Positions 20,823-31,333 of a DNA stretch of 64,000 bases are shown in pieces. The notes beneath the pieces were generated by a model. It saw nothing but the letters and a program-made list of their open reading frames with translations. It was not told the DNA's origin and ran no database searches. The translations under genes and the position numbers were made by a program. The DNA is from Bacillota bacterium (lineage in GTDB: Bacteria; Bacillota; Clostridia; Peptostreptococcales; Anaerovoracaceae), in NCBI GenBank assembly GCA_030529985.1, contig JAUMVV010000001.1:17333-81332 (forward strand), written 5' to 3'. Position 1 is the first letter of the stretch, and every line of letters starts with the position of its first letter.

Positions 20823-22214
20823 CTACTGAATATCTTCTTTCAAATCTCTTATCTCCGCTGCCAGGTCAGGATCCATTTTAACAGCTTCAGCTATCTTCTC
20901 ACATGCGTGAAGAACTGTTGTGTGATCCCTGCCGAATGAATTTCCTATCTTGGGAAGTGAGAGATCGGTAAGTTCCCGGCAGAGGTACATGGCGATCTGG
21001 CGGGGGTATGCGATTTCACGGTTTCTCTTTTTGGATTCAATATCCGTGATTTTAACATTATGTCTCCTGCATACAGCCTTTTTTACGGATTCACATGAAA
21101 TATTTATATCCTTTGCAGAAAAAATATCGGTGAGGTGGTCTCTGGCAAATTTAACAGTTATCCTCTGGTTTTTGAATTTTGCGAAGCTGACCACTCTTGT
21201 CAGAGCACTTTCGAGTTCTCTGATATTGAATTTGATTTTTTCGGCTATTATATCTATTACATCGAGAAGATCATCATCTATTTCAAGTCCTTCTTCCTGA
21301 GCCTTCTGCCTTAAGATAGCCACTCTTGTTTCGAAATCAGGAGACTGAATATCAACCATCATATTGGATTTTATTCTTGAAGTAAGCCTTTCATCCAGAT
21401 CTTTAAGCCTGTTGGGATCTCTGTCACTGGAAATTACGATCTGCTTGTTCAATCCATACAGAGTATTGAAAGTATGGAAAAATTCCATCTGTGTGGATTG
21501 TTTATTTTCAATAAACTGGATATCATCCATCAGAAGAACATCAACGCTTCGGTATTTTGACTTAAATGAATTTATTTTTTTATTTCTGTCTTTTGAAGTG
21601 TCCTGAAGTGCTTGAATAAGTTCTGAAGTAAAGGTTTCAGATGATACATATAGAACCTTCAGGGAAGGGTTATTGTCCATAATATGATGACCTATTGCGT
21701 TCATCAGATGGGTTTTCCCAAGGCCGGAACCTCCGTATATGAACAGGGGATTGTACTGTGAAGCAGGATTATCCGCTACTGCCAGAGCTATGGCATAGGC
21801 ATATTCATTGTTTGGACCGGTAATGAAATTGGAAAAATTGTATTTAGGATTCAGATAGTATTCTTCCTTGTAGGGATTATCCGGATCTATTGATGTTGCA
21901 GCTTTATGAGGTTTCTTTTTTCCCGAAAGTATAAGATTGATTTCGTCTTCACTTTTATAGGTGATGATGATCCTGTAATTCTTTTTGAATATTTTTTTGA
22001 TTGAGTTTTCGAGTATGTTCACATAACGGGGGTTTTTCGTAAACATTTCCGCTTTGAATGATTCTTTTGCAGCAAAAGACATGGTTCCTTTCTCATCGTC
22101 CATTTCAAGTGGAACGAGAGGCTTGAACCATGTTCTGAAGCTTACCTCGGTCAGTTCATGGCTGACTTCGGAAAGAACATCATTCCATTTGAGATTGTCT
22201 ATCTTTTTTTCCAT
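20823..22214 (-). CDS. dnaA: Chromosomal replication initiator DnaA
   Basis: NPLFIYGGSGLGKTHL, LLMDDIQF, RQIAMYL, RDHTTVLHA; start at ATG 22214. Confidence 0.98.
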   Translation of the reverse strand: MEKKIDNLKWNDVLSEVSHELTEVSFRTWFKPLVPLEMDDEKGTMSFAAKESFKAEMFTKNPRYVNILENSIKKIFKKNYRIIITYKSEDEINLILSGKKKPHKAATSIDPDNPYKEEYYLNPKYNFSNFITGPNNEYAYAIALAVADNPASQYNPLFIYGGSGLGKTHLMNAIGHHIMDNNPSLKVLYVSSETFTSELIQALQDTSKDRNKKINSFKSKYRSVDVLLMDDIQFIENKQSTQMEFFHTFNTLYGLNKQIVISSDRDPNRLKDLDERLTSRIKSNMMVDIQSPDFETRVAILRQKAQEEGLEIDDDLLDVIDIIAEKIKFNIRELESALTRVVSFAKFKNQRITVKFARDHLTDIFSAKDINISCESVKKAVCRRHNVKITDIESKKRNREIAYPRQIAMYLCRELTDLSLPKIGNSFGRDHTTVLHACEKIAEAVKMDPDLAAEIRDLKEDIQ

Positions 22215-22259
22215 AGATCGTAGCCTTTCAGAGTGATGAATATATAATAACAAAAATAG

Positions 22260-22334
22260 TTATCCACAGGCAACTGTTAAATATTATGATAGCTTTCTCA
22301 ATAGAATGCTGACTTATCCACAATCAGTGGATAA
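22260..22334. promoter_or_regulatory. DnaA boxes upstream of dnaA (second oriC sub-region)
   Basis: TTATCCACA at 22260-22268 and 22314-22322; AGTGGATAA at 22326-22334; also TGTGCATAA at 22485. Confidence 0.9.
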
Positions 22335-22444
22335 AATTGTGCAAAGTTTTAACAGGAACAACAAGATGTGGTGTTTTGATAGAAAAAAATATGAAAAATA
22401 TTTACAGATAAGTAAAATGGGATATATATAAGAGGTGAAATAAA

Positions 22445-22473
22445 TTGACATGGTTTTTTTGGAGTTGTATAAT
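22445..22473 (+). promoter_or_regulatory. Consensus sigma-A promoter of rpmH operon
   Basis: TTGACA-17 nt-TATAAT. Confidence 0.9.
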
Positions 22474-22545
22474 ACTTGAGCATATGTGCATAATTTGAAA
22501 TTAAGATTTATGCGGGTAAATAATCAGAAAAGGAGGAAAAGGCTC

Positions 22546-22680
22546 ATGAAAATGACATATCAGCCAAAGAAGAGACAGCGTAAAAAAGAACACGGTTTCA
22601 GAAAAAGAATGAAGACAAAGAATGGTAGAAATGTATTGAAGAGAAGAAGACAAAGAGGAAGAAAAGTTTTATCAGCATAG
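22546..22680 (+). CDS. rpmH: 50S ribosomal protein L34
   Basis: [22 protein letters not shown]; RBS AGGAGG. Confidence 0.97.
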   Translation: MKMTYQPKKRQRKKEHGFRKRMKTKNGRNVLKRRRQRGRKVLSA

Positions 22681-22728
22681 AGGCCGCAGGAAGTGGTCTT
22701 TTTGTTATAGATATAACTTAAAGAAAAG

Positions 22729-23067
22729 ATGCTGAAAAAAGAAGTACTGAGAAAAAAGGAAGATTTTACCGAAATATATAAAAGAGGTAAATCTATTCCG
22801 GAAAGATATATCGTTTTCTTTTTCAGAAAAAATGGTCTTTCTTATAACAGGACTGCTTTTTTGGCAAGTAAGAAAGTAGGAAACAGCGTACAGAGAAACA
22901 GAGCCAAGCGTCTGATGAAGGAGAGTTTCAGATTATCCTGCCGGAATGCAGTTCCGGGTCATGATATGATATTTGTGGCCAGAAACAGCATTAAAGGAAG
23001 AAAATTTTCGGATGTTGACAGATCTCTTATCAGAGCGCTCAAAAAAGGAAAATTGTTAAGGGAATAA
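22729..23067 (+). CDS. rnpA: Ribonuclease P protein component
   Basis: SKKVGNSVQRNRAKR. Confidence 0.95.
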   Translation: MLKKEVLRKKEDFTEIYKRGKSIPERYIVFFFRKNGLSYNRTAFLASKKVGNSVQRNRAKRLMKESFRLSCRNAVPGHDMIFVARNSIKGRKFSDVDRSLIRALKKGKLLRE

Positions 23068-23077
23068 GTAAAAGAAA

Positions 23078-23287
23078 ATGAAGAATGTAATGATAGCAAT
23101 TATAAAATTCTATCAGAAATTCATATCGCCGCTTTTCCCTCCTAAATGCAGATTTTATCCTACTTGTTCGACCTATTTTATTCAAGCACTTGAAAAGTAC
23201 GGATTATTTAAAGGAACTTATCTCGGCATCAGACGTCTTCTAAAATGCCATCCCTTCCATGAAGGAGGATATGATCCTTTGAAATAG
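23078..23287 (+). CDS. yidD: Membrane protein insertion efficiency factor
   Basis: [10 protein letters not shown]...[15 protein letters not shown]. Confidence 0.95.
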   Translation: MKNVMIAIIKFYQKFISPLFPPKCRFYPTCSTYFIQALEKYGLFKGTYLGIRRLLKCHPFHEGGYDPLK

Positions 23288-23301
23288 GAGGAAATTAATT
23301 A

Positions 23302-24042
23302 ATGTACACTATACTGGGCGTAATAGCAAAACCCATGGGTTTATTGCTGGACCTGCTGTATGGGTTCATAGGCAATTATGGTATTTCTATTATCATATTT
23401 ACCATTTTCGTAAAGCTGTGCCTTTATCCGCTTTATATCAAGCAGACTAAATCGACAGCTATGGTGTCGGAAATGCAGCCGAAGATCAAGGCTATACAGA
23501 ACAAGTATGGCAATGATCAGGAAATGATGAACATCAAGATGCAGGAAATGTACAAGGAAGAAAAATTCAACCCTATGGGTGGATGCCTTCCTATGCTCAT
23601 TCAGATGCCTATAATCATGGGACTCTTCGCACTTCTCAGAAATCCTCTGAGATACATAACGAAGGATTCAATGATTTTCGCATTCCATGAGCCGTTTCTG
23701 TGGATCAAGGATCTGAGTCAGCCAGACCCCTGGATCCTGCCTATTATAGCAGGTGTAGCTACTTTCATAGCTTTTTCGATGAACAGAATGCTGCAGGATA
23801 CGGGAGGTACTGCTGCCAATCAGTCTGAATCGATGATGAAGATGATGCAGTACATATTCCCTATTATGATTCTGTGGATGGCAAAATCATTCCCGTCAGG
23901 ACTGGCACTCTACTGGGCTGTCAGCCAGATTATTCAGATAGGATTTAACATTCACATGCAGACGATAAGGAAGAATATAAAGAGAGAGCAGCAGGAAAGA
24001 AAAATACGGGAAAAGCTGGAAAAGAAAAACAGAAATTTGTAA
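23302..24042 (+). CDS. yidC: Membrane protein insertase YidC/Oxa1
   Basis: NYGISIIIFT, NPMGGCLPMLIQMP, FLWIKDLSQPD, GLALYW. Confidence 0.95.
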   Translation: MYTILGVIAKPMGLLLDLLYGFIGNYGISIIIFTIFVKLCLYPLYIKQTKSTAMVSEMQPKIKAIQNKYGNDQEMMNIKMQEMYKEEKFNPMGGCLPMLIQMPIIMGLFALLRNPLRYITKDSMIFAFHEPFLWIKDLSQPDPWILPIIAGVATFIAFSMNRMLQDTGGTAANQSESMMKMMQYIFPIMILWMAKSFPSGLALYWAVSQIIQIGFNIHMQTIRKNIKREQQERKIREKLEKKNRNL

Positions 24043-24066
24043 GTCTCAATAAGCGGAGGAAATATA

Positions 24067-24843
24067 ATGGATTTTACAGAAAAGTGGGGCGTTGACGTTG
24101 AAGAAGCCGTCGAGTATGCGCTCCTTGATCTGAAGTGCTCCAGAGACGAAGTGGAAGTTACGGTTCTCGAAGAACCTACCAGAGGATTTCTTGGACTCGG
24201 TTCAAAGCCGGCTAAGGTAAGAGTCGAGAAGAAAAAACCGGCAGAGCCTGCAAAACCGGAAAAGGTAAAAGAAAAGAAGGTTCAGGAGAAGAAGCCGCAG
24301 GCAAAGAAAACTCACGAAAAGAAGTCTCAGGAGAGCAAGGAAAAAAAAGTTAGAAACATCGCTCTTGATGATGTTGATAAAGACAGCCTGACAGTTGTGG
24401 AAGACCACGAAGCACTGACTTTTCTTAAGGAAATAACGGAAAAGATGGGGCTGCAGCTCAACTTCAGCGCACGCACGGGAGAGAACCTTGTTTACATCGA
24501 AATGGATGGCAAGGATTCGAGAACCGTAATAGGAAAGCGCGGACAGACGCTGGATGCTATTCAGTATCTGACAAGTCTTGTCGTAAATAAAGACAAGGAA
24601 AAATATATTAAAGTTGTGGTAGATGCGGAAAACTACAGGGCGAAGAGGCAGAAGACTCTGGAACAGCTGGCGAACAGACTGGCTGCCAAGGTTGAAAAAA
24701 CCGGAAAGTATGTCCGCCTTGAGCCTATGAATCCCTATGAGAGAAAGGTTATTCATGCAACTCTGCAGAAGAATAACAACATCACAACCAGAAGTGAAGG
24801 CGAGGAGCCTTATAGAAGAGTTATTATTGAGCTTAAGAAGTAA
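24067..24843 (+). CDS. jag: RNA-binding protein Jag/EloR/KhpB (KH + R3H)
   Basis: IGKRGQTLDAIQYL, MNPYERKVIH, SEGEEPYR. Confidence 0.95.
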   Translation: MDFTEKWGVDVEEAVEYALLDLKCSRDEVEVTVLEEPTRGFLGLGSKPAKVRVEKKKPAEPAKPEKVKEKKVQEKKPQAKKTHEKKSQESKEKKVRNIALDDVDKDSLTVVEDHEALTFLKEITEKMGLQLNFSARTGENLVYIEMDGKDSRTVIGKRGQTLDAIQYLTSLVVNKDKEKYIKVVVDAENYRAKRQKTLEQLANRLAAKVEKTGKYVRLEPMNPYERKVIHATLQKNNNITTRSEGEEPYRRVIIELKK

Positions 24844-24885
24844 GCAGGAAAGGCCCGCCATAAGCGGGTCTTTATTATATTAAAA

Positions 24886-26238
24886 ATGAATGACACAATT
24901 GCAGCCATAGCAACAGCCTTCGGTGAAGGCGGAATAGGAATAATCAGAATCAGCGGTCCGGAAGCAAAACCGATCCTGTCTGCCGTTTTTGATGGGAAAA
25001 TTAAAAACAGGAGACTCTCTTACGGTCACATTCGCGAGAATGGTCAGATAATAGATGAAGTTATGGCCGTATATATGAAAGCTCCGGCCAGCTATACGGC
25101 GGAGGATATTGCTGAAATCAACTGTCATGGCAGCATGGTTTCTCTCCGCAGGATACTGAAGCTGGTTCTGAAGGAGGGTGCCCGCATGGCGGAGCCGGGA
25201 GAGTTTACCAAGAGAGCCTTCCTTAACGGACGGATAGACCTTTCCCAGGCGGAGGCGGTTATTGACATGGTGAAGGCTAAATCTGACAAGAGTTTTGATG
25301 TTGCGGTTTCACAGCTTGAGGGTTATCTTTCATCGGAAATAGGCGATATCAGAAAAGATATCCTGAATTTGCTGGTGGATGTGACTGTTAATATCGATTA
25401 TCCCGAAGAGGATATAGAACAGATGACATATGAGAAAATGGAGGACTGCCTTTGTACGATAGGAGATAAGATAGATAGGCTGCTTGAAGGAAGCAGAACG
25501 GGAAGGATGATAAGAGAGGGAATACGGATCGCTATCGTGGGTAAGCCTAATGTGGGAAAATCCTCTCTCATGAACGGTCTGCTGAGGGAGTCACGGGCTA
25601 TAGTGACAGAAATTCCGGGAACAACCAGAGATACTATTGAAGAGGCTGTCAGCATACGGGATCTGCCCGTATATCTTATCGATACCGCGGGTATCAGGGA
25701 AACGGATGACAAAGTCGAGAAGATAGGAATAGAAAGAAGCAAGGAGGCATTCAACAGTGCCGACCTTATTATATATATTATTGACGGAAGCGAAGAACTC
25801 AGCGAAGAGGATGAGGAAATAATGGGCTATATGCAAGGCAGAGAATCTCTGGTTCTCATCAATAAGAGGGATCTGGGAAATCGGGTAACTGCAAGTCATA
25901 TAGCTGAAAGATTGCCTAAAAGCGATGTAATTGAAAGCTCTCTCATAAGGGGTGAAGGTGTGCACAAAATCGAGGACAGGATAGAAGAACTGGTTTACGA
26001 AGGTAAAGCTGTGCAGAGAGAAAGTGCCATGGTGAATAATGTCCGCCACATAGAACTTCTGAGGAAGGCGGGGCAGGCTATCGATGATGCAAAGGCAATG
26101 ACCGGAAGGCAGGAGGCGCTGGATATTATAGAAATAGATATAAGGAATGCCTTTGACAGCCTGGGCGAAATAACAGGTGAGACAGTTTCTGACGAAATAT
26201 TGACAGAGGTATTCTCCAGATTCTGTCTGGGAAAATAG
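24886..26238 (+). CDS. mnmE: tRNA modification GTPase MnmE
   Basis: DTIAAIAT, GKPNVGKSS, DTAG, FCLGK. Confidence 0.97.
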   Translation: MNDTIAAIATAFGEGGIGIIRISGPEAKPILSAVFDGKIKNRRLSYGHIRENGQIIDEVMAVYMKAPASYTAEDIAEINCHGSMVSLRRILKLVLKEGARMAEPGEFTKRAFLNGRIDLSQAEAVIDMVKAKSDKSFDVAVSQLEGYLSSEIGDIRKDILNLLVDVTVNIDYPEEDIEQMTYEKMEDCLCTIGDKIDRLLEGSRTGRMIREGIRIAIVGKPNVGKSSLMNGLLRESRAIVTEIPGTTRDTIEEAVSIRDLPVYLIDTAGIRETDDKVEKIGIERSKEAFNSADLIIYIIDGSEELSEEDEEIMGYMQGRESLVLINKRDLGNRVTASHIAERLPKSDVIESSLIRGEGVHKIEDRIEELVYEGKAVQRESAMVNNVRHIELLRKAGQAIDDAKAMTGRQEALDIIEIDIRNAFDSLGEITGETVSDEILTEVFSRFCLGK

Positions 26239-26289
26239 CAATTATATGAGACCGAAGGTAAAAGACAATATACAGAAGACAGAGGGCAA

Positions 26290-28164
26290 ATGAACAGATT
26301 TGAAATGGGCAGATACGATATAGTAGTGGTGGGAGCCGGTCACGCGGGATGTGAGGCGGGCCTTGCCGCGGCCAGAATGGGAAAGAGAACTCTCATGCTT
26401 TCGATAAATCTTGAAGCCGTTGCAATGATGGCATGCAATCCATCTATCGGGGGAACGGGCAAGGGACATCTGGTGAGGGAAATAGATGCTCTCGGTGGGG
26501 AGATGGGTCTGAATATCGATAAGACCTTCATACAGAGCCGGATGCTGAATACCGCCAAGGGACCTGCAGTTCATTCTCTGAGAGCTCAGGCGGACAAGAA
26601 CAGGTATCATATAGAGATGAAAAAGACCCTTGAGAAGGAACCTCTTCTCGATCTGAAGCAGGGCGAGGTGGTTGACATTCTCATAGAGGAAGGGAAAGCC
26701 TGCGGTGTTGTCCTGAAGACGGGGGCGCTGTACAGATGCAGCGCTGTAATTCTCGCTACAGGAACATTCCTGGGAGGAAAAATTTTTATAGGTGAGAGCG
26801 TATTTGAAAGCGGTCCCAATGGTATGGCTCCTTCGACGGAGCTGGCGGAGAAGCTGCGCGGATATGGGCTTCCTATGAGGAGATTTAAGACGGGAACTCC
26901 CGCGAGAGCTCTGGCAGACAGCCTCGATTACGGGAAAATGACAGTTCAGGAGGGAGATGAGGAAATAGTACCGTTCTCATTCATGAATGATGATATTGCA
27001 AGGGATCAGATAAAATGCTGGCTTACCTACACGAATGAAAAAACTCATGAGGTGATAAGAAGGAACTTTCATAGATCCGCCCTCTTCGGGGGACAGATCG
27101 AGGGGGTGGGTCCGCGGTACTGCCCATCAATTGAAGATAAGGTCAACAGGTTTGCGGACAGGCAGAGGCATCAGCTCTTTATAGAACCCGAAGGAACGGA
27201 TACGGATGAAATGTATATTCAGGGAATGTCCTCAAGTCTTCCTGAAGATGTGCAGGAGGAATTTTATAAGACTATTGAAGGGCTTGAGGAACTGAAGATA
27301 GTCAGACCTGCATACGCTATCGAATACGACTGCATAGACCCTCTGGATCTCAAGGTCAGCCTGGAGAACAGAAGCATAGAAAATCTCTTTTGCAGCGGTC
27401 AGTTTAACGGGAGCTCCGGATATGAGGAGGCTGCGGCACAGGGACTTATGGCCGGCATAAATGCGGTCCGCAAACTGGACGGCAAGGAGGCATTCGTTCT
27501 CGACAGGAGTGAAGCCTACATAGGTGTTCTGATAGATGATCTGGTTACCAAAGGGACTAATGAGCCATACAGGATCATGACTTCAAGAGCCGAATACAGG
27601 CTGGTTTTGCGGCAGGACAATGCCGATCTCAGACTTACGGGAAAAGGATATGAAGCGGGTCTTGTTAAAGAGGACAGATACAGAAGATTTCTGGAGAAAA
27701 AAGAAATCGTAGAGAAGGAGACGGAGAGACTTCGTCGAAAGGTTCTTCAGCCGGAAAAGGTGAATCCGCTGCTGGAAGCTCACGGCAGCGCCCCGCTGAA
27801 GAGTGCCCAGCCGCTGATAGAAATTCTGCGAAGACCGGAAATCTCCTATGATGATACCCGTGAGATCGATGACAACAGACCGGAAATGTCGCGGCACCAG
27901 AAGACCATGATGGAGGTTCAGATAAAATATGAGGGTTACATACAGAAGCAAAAGCAGCAGATAGAGAAATTCAAAAGGCTGGAAAACAAAAAGCTGGATC
28001 CTGAAATCGACTATTTGCAGATTGACGGATTGAGAATCGAAGCGAGACAGAAACTGAATCAGTTCAAACCTCTTTCTGTGGGACAGGCATCCCGTATATC
28101 GGGAGTATCACCTGCGGATATAAATGTTTTGCTGATTTATCTTGAAAGGGTGAGGAGAAGTTGA
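26290..28164 (+). CDS. mnmG: tRNA uridine 5-carboxymethylaminomethyl modification enzyme
   Basis: [34 protein letters not shown]. Confidence 0.97.
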   Translation: MNRFEMGRYDIVVVGAGHAGCEAGLAAARMGKRTLMLSINLEAVAMMACNPSIGGTGKGHLVREIDALGGEMGLNIDKTFIQSRMLNTAKGPAVHSLRAQADKNRYHIEMKKTLEKEPLLDLKQGEVVDILIEEGKACGVVLKTGALYRCSAVILATGTFLGGKIFIGESVFESGPNGMAPSTELAEKLRGYGLPMRRFKTGTPARALADSLDYGKMTVQEGDEEIVPFSFMNDDIARDQIKCWLTYTNEKTHEVIRRNFHRSALFGGQIEGVGPRYCPSIEDKVNRFADRQRHQLFIEPEGTDTDEMYIQGMSSSLPEDVQEEFYKTIEGLEELKIVRPAYAIEYDCIDPLDLKVSLENRSIENLFCSGQFNGSSGYEEAAAQGLMAGINAVRKLDGKEAFVLDRSEAYIGVLIDDLVTKGTNEPYRIMTSRAEYRLVLRQDNADLRLTGKGYEAGLVKEDRYRRFLEKKEIVEKETERLRRKVLQPEKVNPLLEAHGSAPLKSAQPLIEILRRPEISYDDTREIDDNRPEMSRHQKTMMEVQIKYEGYIQKQKQQIEKFKRLENKKLDPEIDYLQIDGLRIEARQKLNQFKPLSVGQASRISGVSPADINVLLIYLERVRRS

Positions 28165-28862
28165 AGAGCATATTGAACAAACTGAAAATAAAGGATGCCG
28201 AAAAAAAGGCCGCAGTCCTGCTGAAGTACATGGATGGCATTCTCGAAAAAAACGGACATGTAAACCTGACGGCAATAAGCGACAGAGAGGAATTTATTCA
28301 GAAGCATTTTGCCGATTCGCTGTCCTGTATCGGGGCGGAGGAATTCAAAGAAGCAGACAGTATCATAGATGTGGGGACGGGAGGGGGCTTTCCCGGAATC
28401 CCTCTGGCAGTCTGCTTTCCCGAAAAGGAGTTTTTCCTTGTGGATTCCCTCGCGAAAAGGATCCATATTATCAGAGAGCTCTGCGTGAAGCTGGGAATAG
28501 ATAATGTTACGGTCGTTCACGGCAGAGCGGAGGATCTGGGAAGACAGGAGAATCTCAGAGAAGATTTTGACCTGTGCGTTTCGAGAGCTGTGGCAAGGAT
28601 GAGCACCCTCTGTGAATACTGCCTGCCCTTCGTGAGGGAAGGGGGAAGCTTCATAGCCTACAAAGGACCTGATTGCAAATTGGAAATAGACGATTCGCTT
28701 TGCGCCATAGGTATTCTGGGAGGCAGGCTTGATCGTATCGAACGGGCGGACAGCGGTTCGCAGGGCGAATATGATCACCGGCTTGTCTTCGTAAAAAAGA
28801 TAAGACCCACACCGGAGGAGTATCCCAGAAGGGCGGGAACGCCGTCAAAGAAGCCGCTGTGA
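28161..28862 (+). CDS. rsmG: 16S rRNA G527 methyltransferase
   Basis: [20 protein letters not shown]. Confidence 0.95.
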   Translation: MKSILNKLKIKDAEKKAAVLLKYMDGILEKNGHVNLTAISDREEFIQKHFADSLSCIGAEEFKEADSIIDVGTGGGFPGIPLAVCFPEKEFFLVDSLAKRIHIIRELCVKLGIDNVTVVHGRAEDLGRQENLREDFDLCVSRAVARMSTLCEYCLPFVREGGSFIAYKGPDCKLEIDDSLCAIGILGGRLDRIERADSGSQGEYDHRLVFVKKIRPTPEEYPRRAGTPSKKPL

Positions 28863-29012
28863 AGCTCTTGTGAACAGAAAGCAGGATCAAAAGGCAAGAG
28901 GATAAACGGCCGATTGCCGGCGGGACTGCAGCCCCTGAGAGACACTTACACGGCGTACTGCGGATTTTATTAATGGAAATACATGGAAATGTTTTAAGGG
29001 CTTCCGTACAGA

Positions 29013-29028
29013 TGTTTCACGTGAAACA
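29013..29028. promoter_or_regulatory. parS centromere site
   Basis: Perfect palindrome TGTTTCACGTGAAACA upstream of parA. Confidence 0.92.
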
Positions 29029-29145
29029 TTGCAGATGAAAACCTTAAAACATTTTTATATTATTCTGCGGTTTTTTTATGGCGTTTATTATTGCACTGTT
29101 ATATAATCAAACAGAGATTTGCAAAATTATTAAGGAGGCAAAGAA

Positions 29146-29919
29146 GTGGGTAAAGCTATAGCTATATTTAACCAGAAGGGTGGCGTCGGGAAAACCACCA
29201 CGAACATCAACCTCGCAGCATGTCTTGCGATGAAGGGAAAGAAGGTTCTCATTCTTGACGGGGATCCCCAGGGAAACACTACAAGTGGAGTTGGAATTTC
29301 AAAGAGAGATCTGGATATAACTACTCACGAAATCCTCATAGAAGACGACCATCATCCGGGTGAGGCGGTTGTTCAGACCGATATTCCAAATCTGGATATC
29401 ATCCCGGCAAGCGTCCAGCTTGCCGGAGCGGAGGTTGAACTTATAAACATTGCGGGCAGAGAGAAGAGGCTGAAGATGGCCATCGATGTTCTTAAGCCTG
29501 AATATGATTATATTTTTATCGACTGTCCCCCTTCACTGGGAATACTGACGATCAATGCGCTTACCGCCGTTGATTCGGTTCTCATACCGATACAGTGTGA
29601 GTTCTATGCGCTGGAGGGAGTAAGCCAGCTGATGAGTACCATCGATATTGTCAAATCGAACATGAACCCCGATCTTGAAATAGAGGGAGTAATTCTCAGC
29701 ATGTTTGACGGGAGAACGAACCTTTCGGTTCAGGTTGTGGAAGAGGTAAAGAAATATTTCAAGGAAAAGGTCTACACCACTGTAATTCCGCGAAATGTCA
29801 GGCTGGCGGAAGCACCAAGCCATGGTATGCCGGTAATAACCTACGACCCGAAATCCTCGGGTGCGGTAGCGTATATGGATTTTGCCGACGAATTTCTGGA
29901 TAATGAAAGGACACAGTAA
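29146..29919 (+). CDS. parA: ParA/Soj ATPase
   Basis: NQKGGVGKTTT, DPQGN, DCPPSLG, IPRNVRLAEAPS. Confidence 0.97.
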   Translation: MGKAIAIFNQKGGVGKTTTNINLAACLAMKGKKVLILDGDPQGNTTSGVGISKRDLDITTHEILIEDDHHPGEAVVQTDIPNLDIIPASVQLAGAEVELINIAGREKRLKMAIDVLKPEYDYIFIDCPPSLGILTINALTAVDSVLIPIQCEFYALEGVSQLMSTIDIVKSNMNPDLEIEGVILSMFDGRTNLSVQVVEEVKKYFKEKVYTTVIPRNVRLAEAPSHGMPVITYDPKSSGAVAYMDFADEFLDNERTQ

Positions 29920-30848
29920 TGGCAGCACCAAAGAAGACAAAAGGATTGGGGAAGGGTCTCGATGCGCTTTTCGGAGATGCGGAAGTGGCACCGGCAGGAG
30001 ACAAGCAGCCGACAAAGACGAAGGCAAGGGGGAAGACTCGAGAGGAAGAAATCACCCCTGCAGAAGGGGGAGTGCTCTATGTTGATATCAACAACATAAA
30101 GCCTAATGCGGGTCAGCCCCGAAAAACCTTTGATGATGAAAAACTGGAAGAGCTGGCAACATCCATCGAAAGGCACGGACTTATTCAGCCTATAGTGCTG
30201 CGGGCTTCCGGCAAAGGATATGAAATCGTTGCAGGAGAGAGAAGATGGAGAGCCGCGCGGCTTGTGGGACTGAAGGAGGTTCCCTGCATAGTAAAGGAGC
30301 TGACAGACGAAGAGAACATGCTTCTCGCCATAATAGAGAATATGCAGAGGGAGGATCTGAATCCCATTGAAGAGGCTGAGGGGCTCAAGAAAATGATAGA
30401 CACCTACGGTCTTACGCAGGAGCAGGTATCCTACAGCGTAGGAAAGAGCAGACCGTACATTACCAACAGCCTCAGGCTCCTCAGGCTACCGGAAAAAATC
30501 CGGGAGATGACGGCAGACGGCAGGCTGTCCACAGGACACGCCAGAGCCATTGCGGCAATCAGGGAGAAGGAGAAACAGCTGCGGCTTGCGGCAAGAACTG
30601 TGGAAGAAGGCCTTTCGGTAAGACAGATAGAAGAACTGTCCAGGGAGAGTAAAAGCACGGCAAAGAAACCTGTAAAAAAAGTAGGAAAATCCGCCGACGA
30701 GAAGAGGGTGGAGGAGGATCTCAAGAACGCTCTGGGAACGCGGGTGAACCTGAACCGCAAGGGGAAGAAGGGCAAGATAGAGATAGAATTTTACAGCAGT
30801 GAGGAGCTGGAGAGGCTGATAGAAATGCTGAAGAGCCTCGCCAGATAA
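29919..30848 (+). CDS. parB: ParB/Spo0J
   Basis: GLGKGLDAL, QPRK, AGERRWRA, ENMQREDL. Confidence 0.97.
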   Translation: MAAPKKTKGLGKGLDALFGDAEVAPAGDKQPTKTKARGKTREEEITPAEGGVLYVDINNIKPNAGQPRKTFDDEKLEELATSIERHGLIQPIVLRASGKGYEIVAGERRWRAARLVGLKEVPCIVKELTDEENMLLAIIENMQREDLNPIEEAEGLKKMIDTYGLTQEQVSYSVGKSRPYITNSLRLLRLPEKIREMTADGRLSTGHARAIAAIREKEKQLRLAARTVEEGLSVRQIEELSRESKSTAKKPVKKVGKSADEKRVEEDLKNALGTRVNLNRKGKKGKIEIEFYSSEELERLIEMLKSLAR

Positions 30849-30855
30849 AGGAGAA

Positions 30856-30871
30856 TGTTTCACGTGAAACA
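30856..30871. promoter_or_regulatory. parS centromere site
   Basis: Perfect palindrome TGTTTCACGTGAAACA just after the parB stop. Confidence 0.92.
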
Positions 30872-30900
30872 TTGCAGAGTGAACAGAATAAAAATACATA

Positions 30901-30937
30901 AAAGCCTCGGGAAAACAATGACCCGGGGCTTTGTTTT
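30901..30937 (+). terminator. Intrinsic terminator after parB
   Basis: AAAGCCTCGGG...CCCGGGGCTTT followed by GTTTT. Confidence 0.8.
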
Positions 30938-31142
30938 GTTTGCCCAGCATGGGCGTTTTCTAACGGGTGAAAGTCCCGAGTGCGCGTAGGCAACAATGAA
31001 GCACATAGCCGAACAGCAAGGGTGTCCGCCGTGAGACGGAATCTGAAAGAAGCTGTAAGCAAACCTCTGACCTGACGGACAGAAACCGCATATAAGGCTC
31101 GGAAATACGGATAAGGTGGCAAAAGGCACTGAAGTCCAAAAA
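30938..31142 (+). mobile_element. Truncated group IIC intron (5' end / domain I only)
   Basis: GTTTGCCCAGCATGGGCG...GGGTGAAAGTCCCGA...GCAAGGGTGTCCG...CGGAATCTGAAAGAAGC...GCAAAC...CATATAAGGCT...GGATAAG...AAGTCC; sits directly after a terminator hairpin; no RT ORF or domain V follows. Confidence 0.85.
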
Positions 31143-31333
31143 AAGAGGAAAGCACCGGAGGCTGCTTTTGCGAGATAAAGTGTTATCTGTTTAGAGCGGT
31201 GCCAAATTTTGACAAAAGTATAGTATTCCCCTGAATACTTATGTATAATTATGGGAACACAAAAATATATATACATATTAATGAAATAAAAGACAGAGCT
31301 ATCATTATTATCATTCAGAAGGAGATCTATGTT

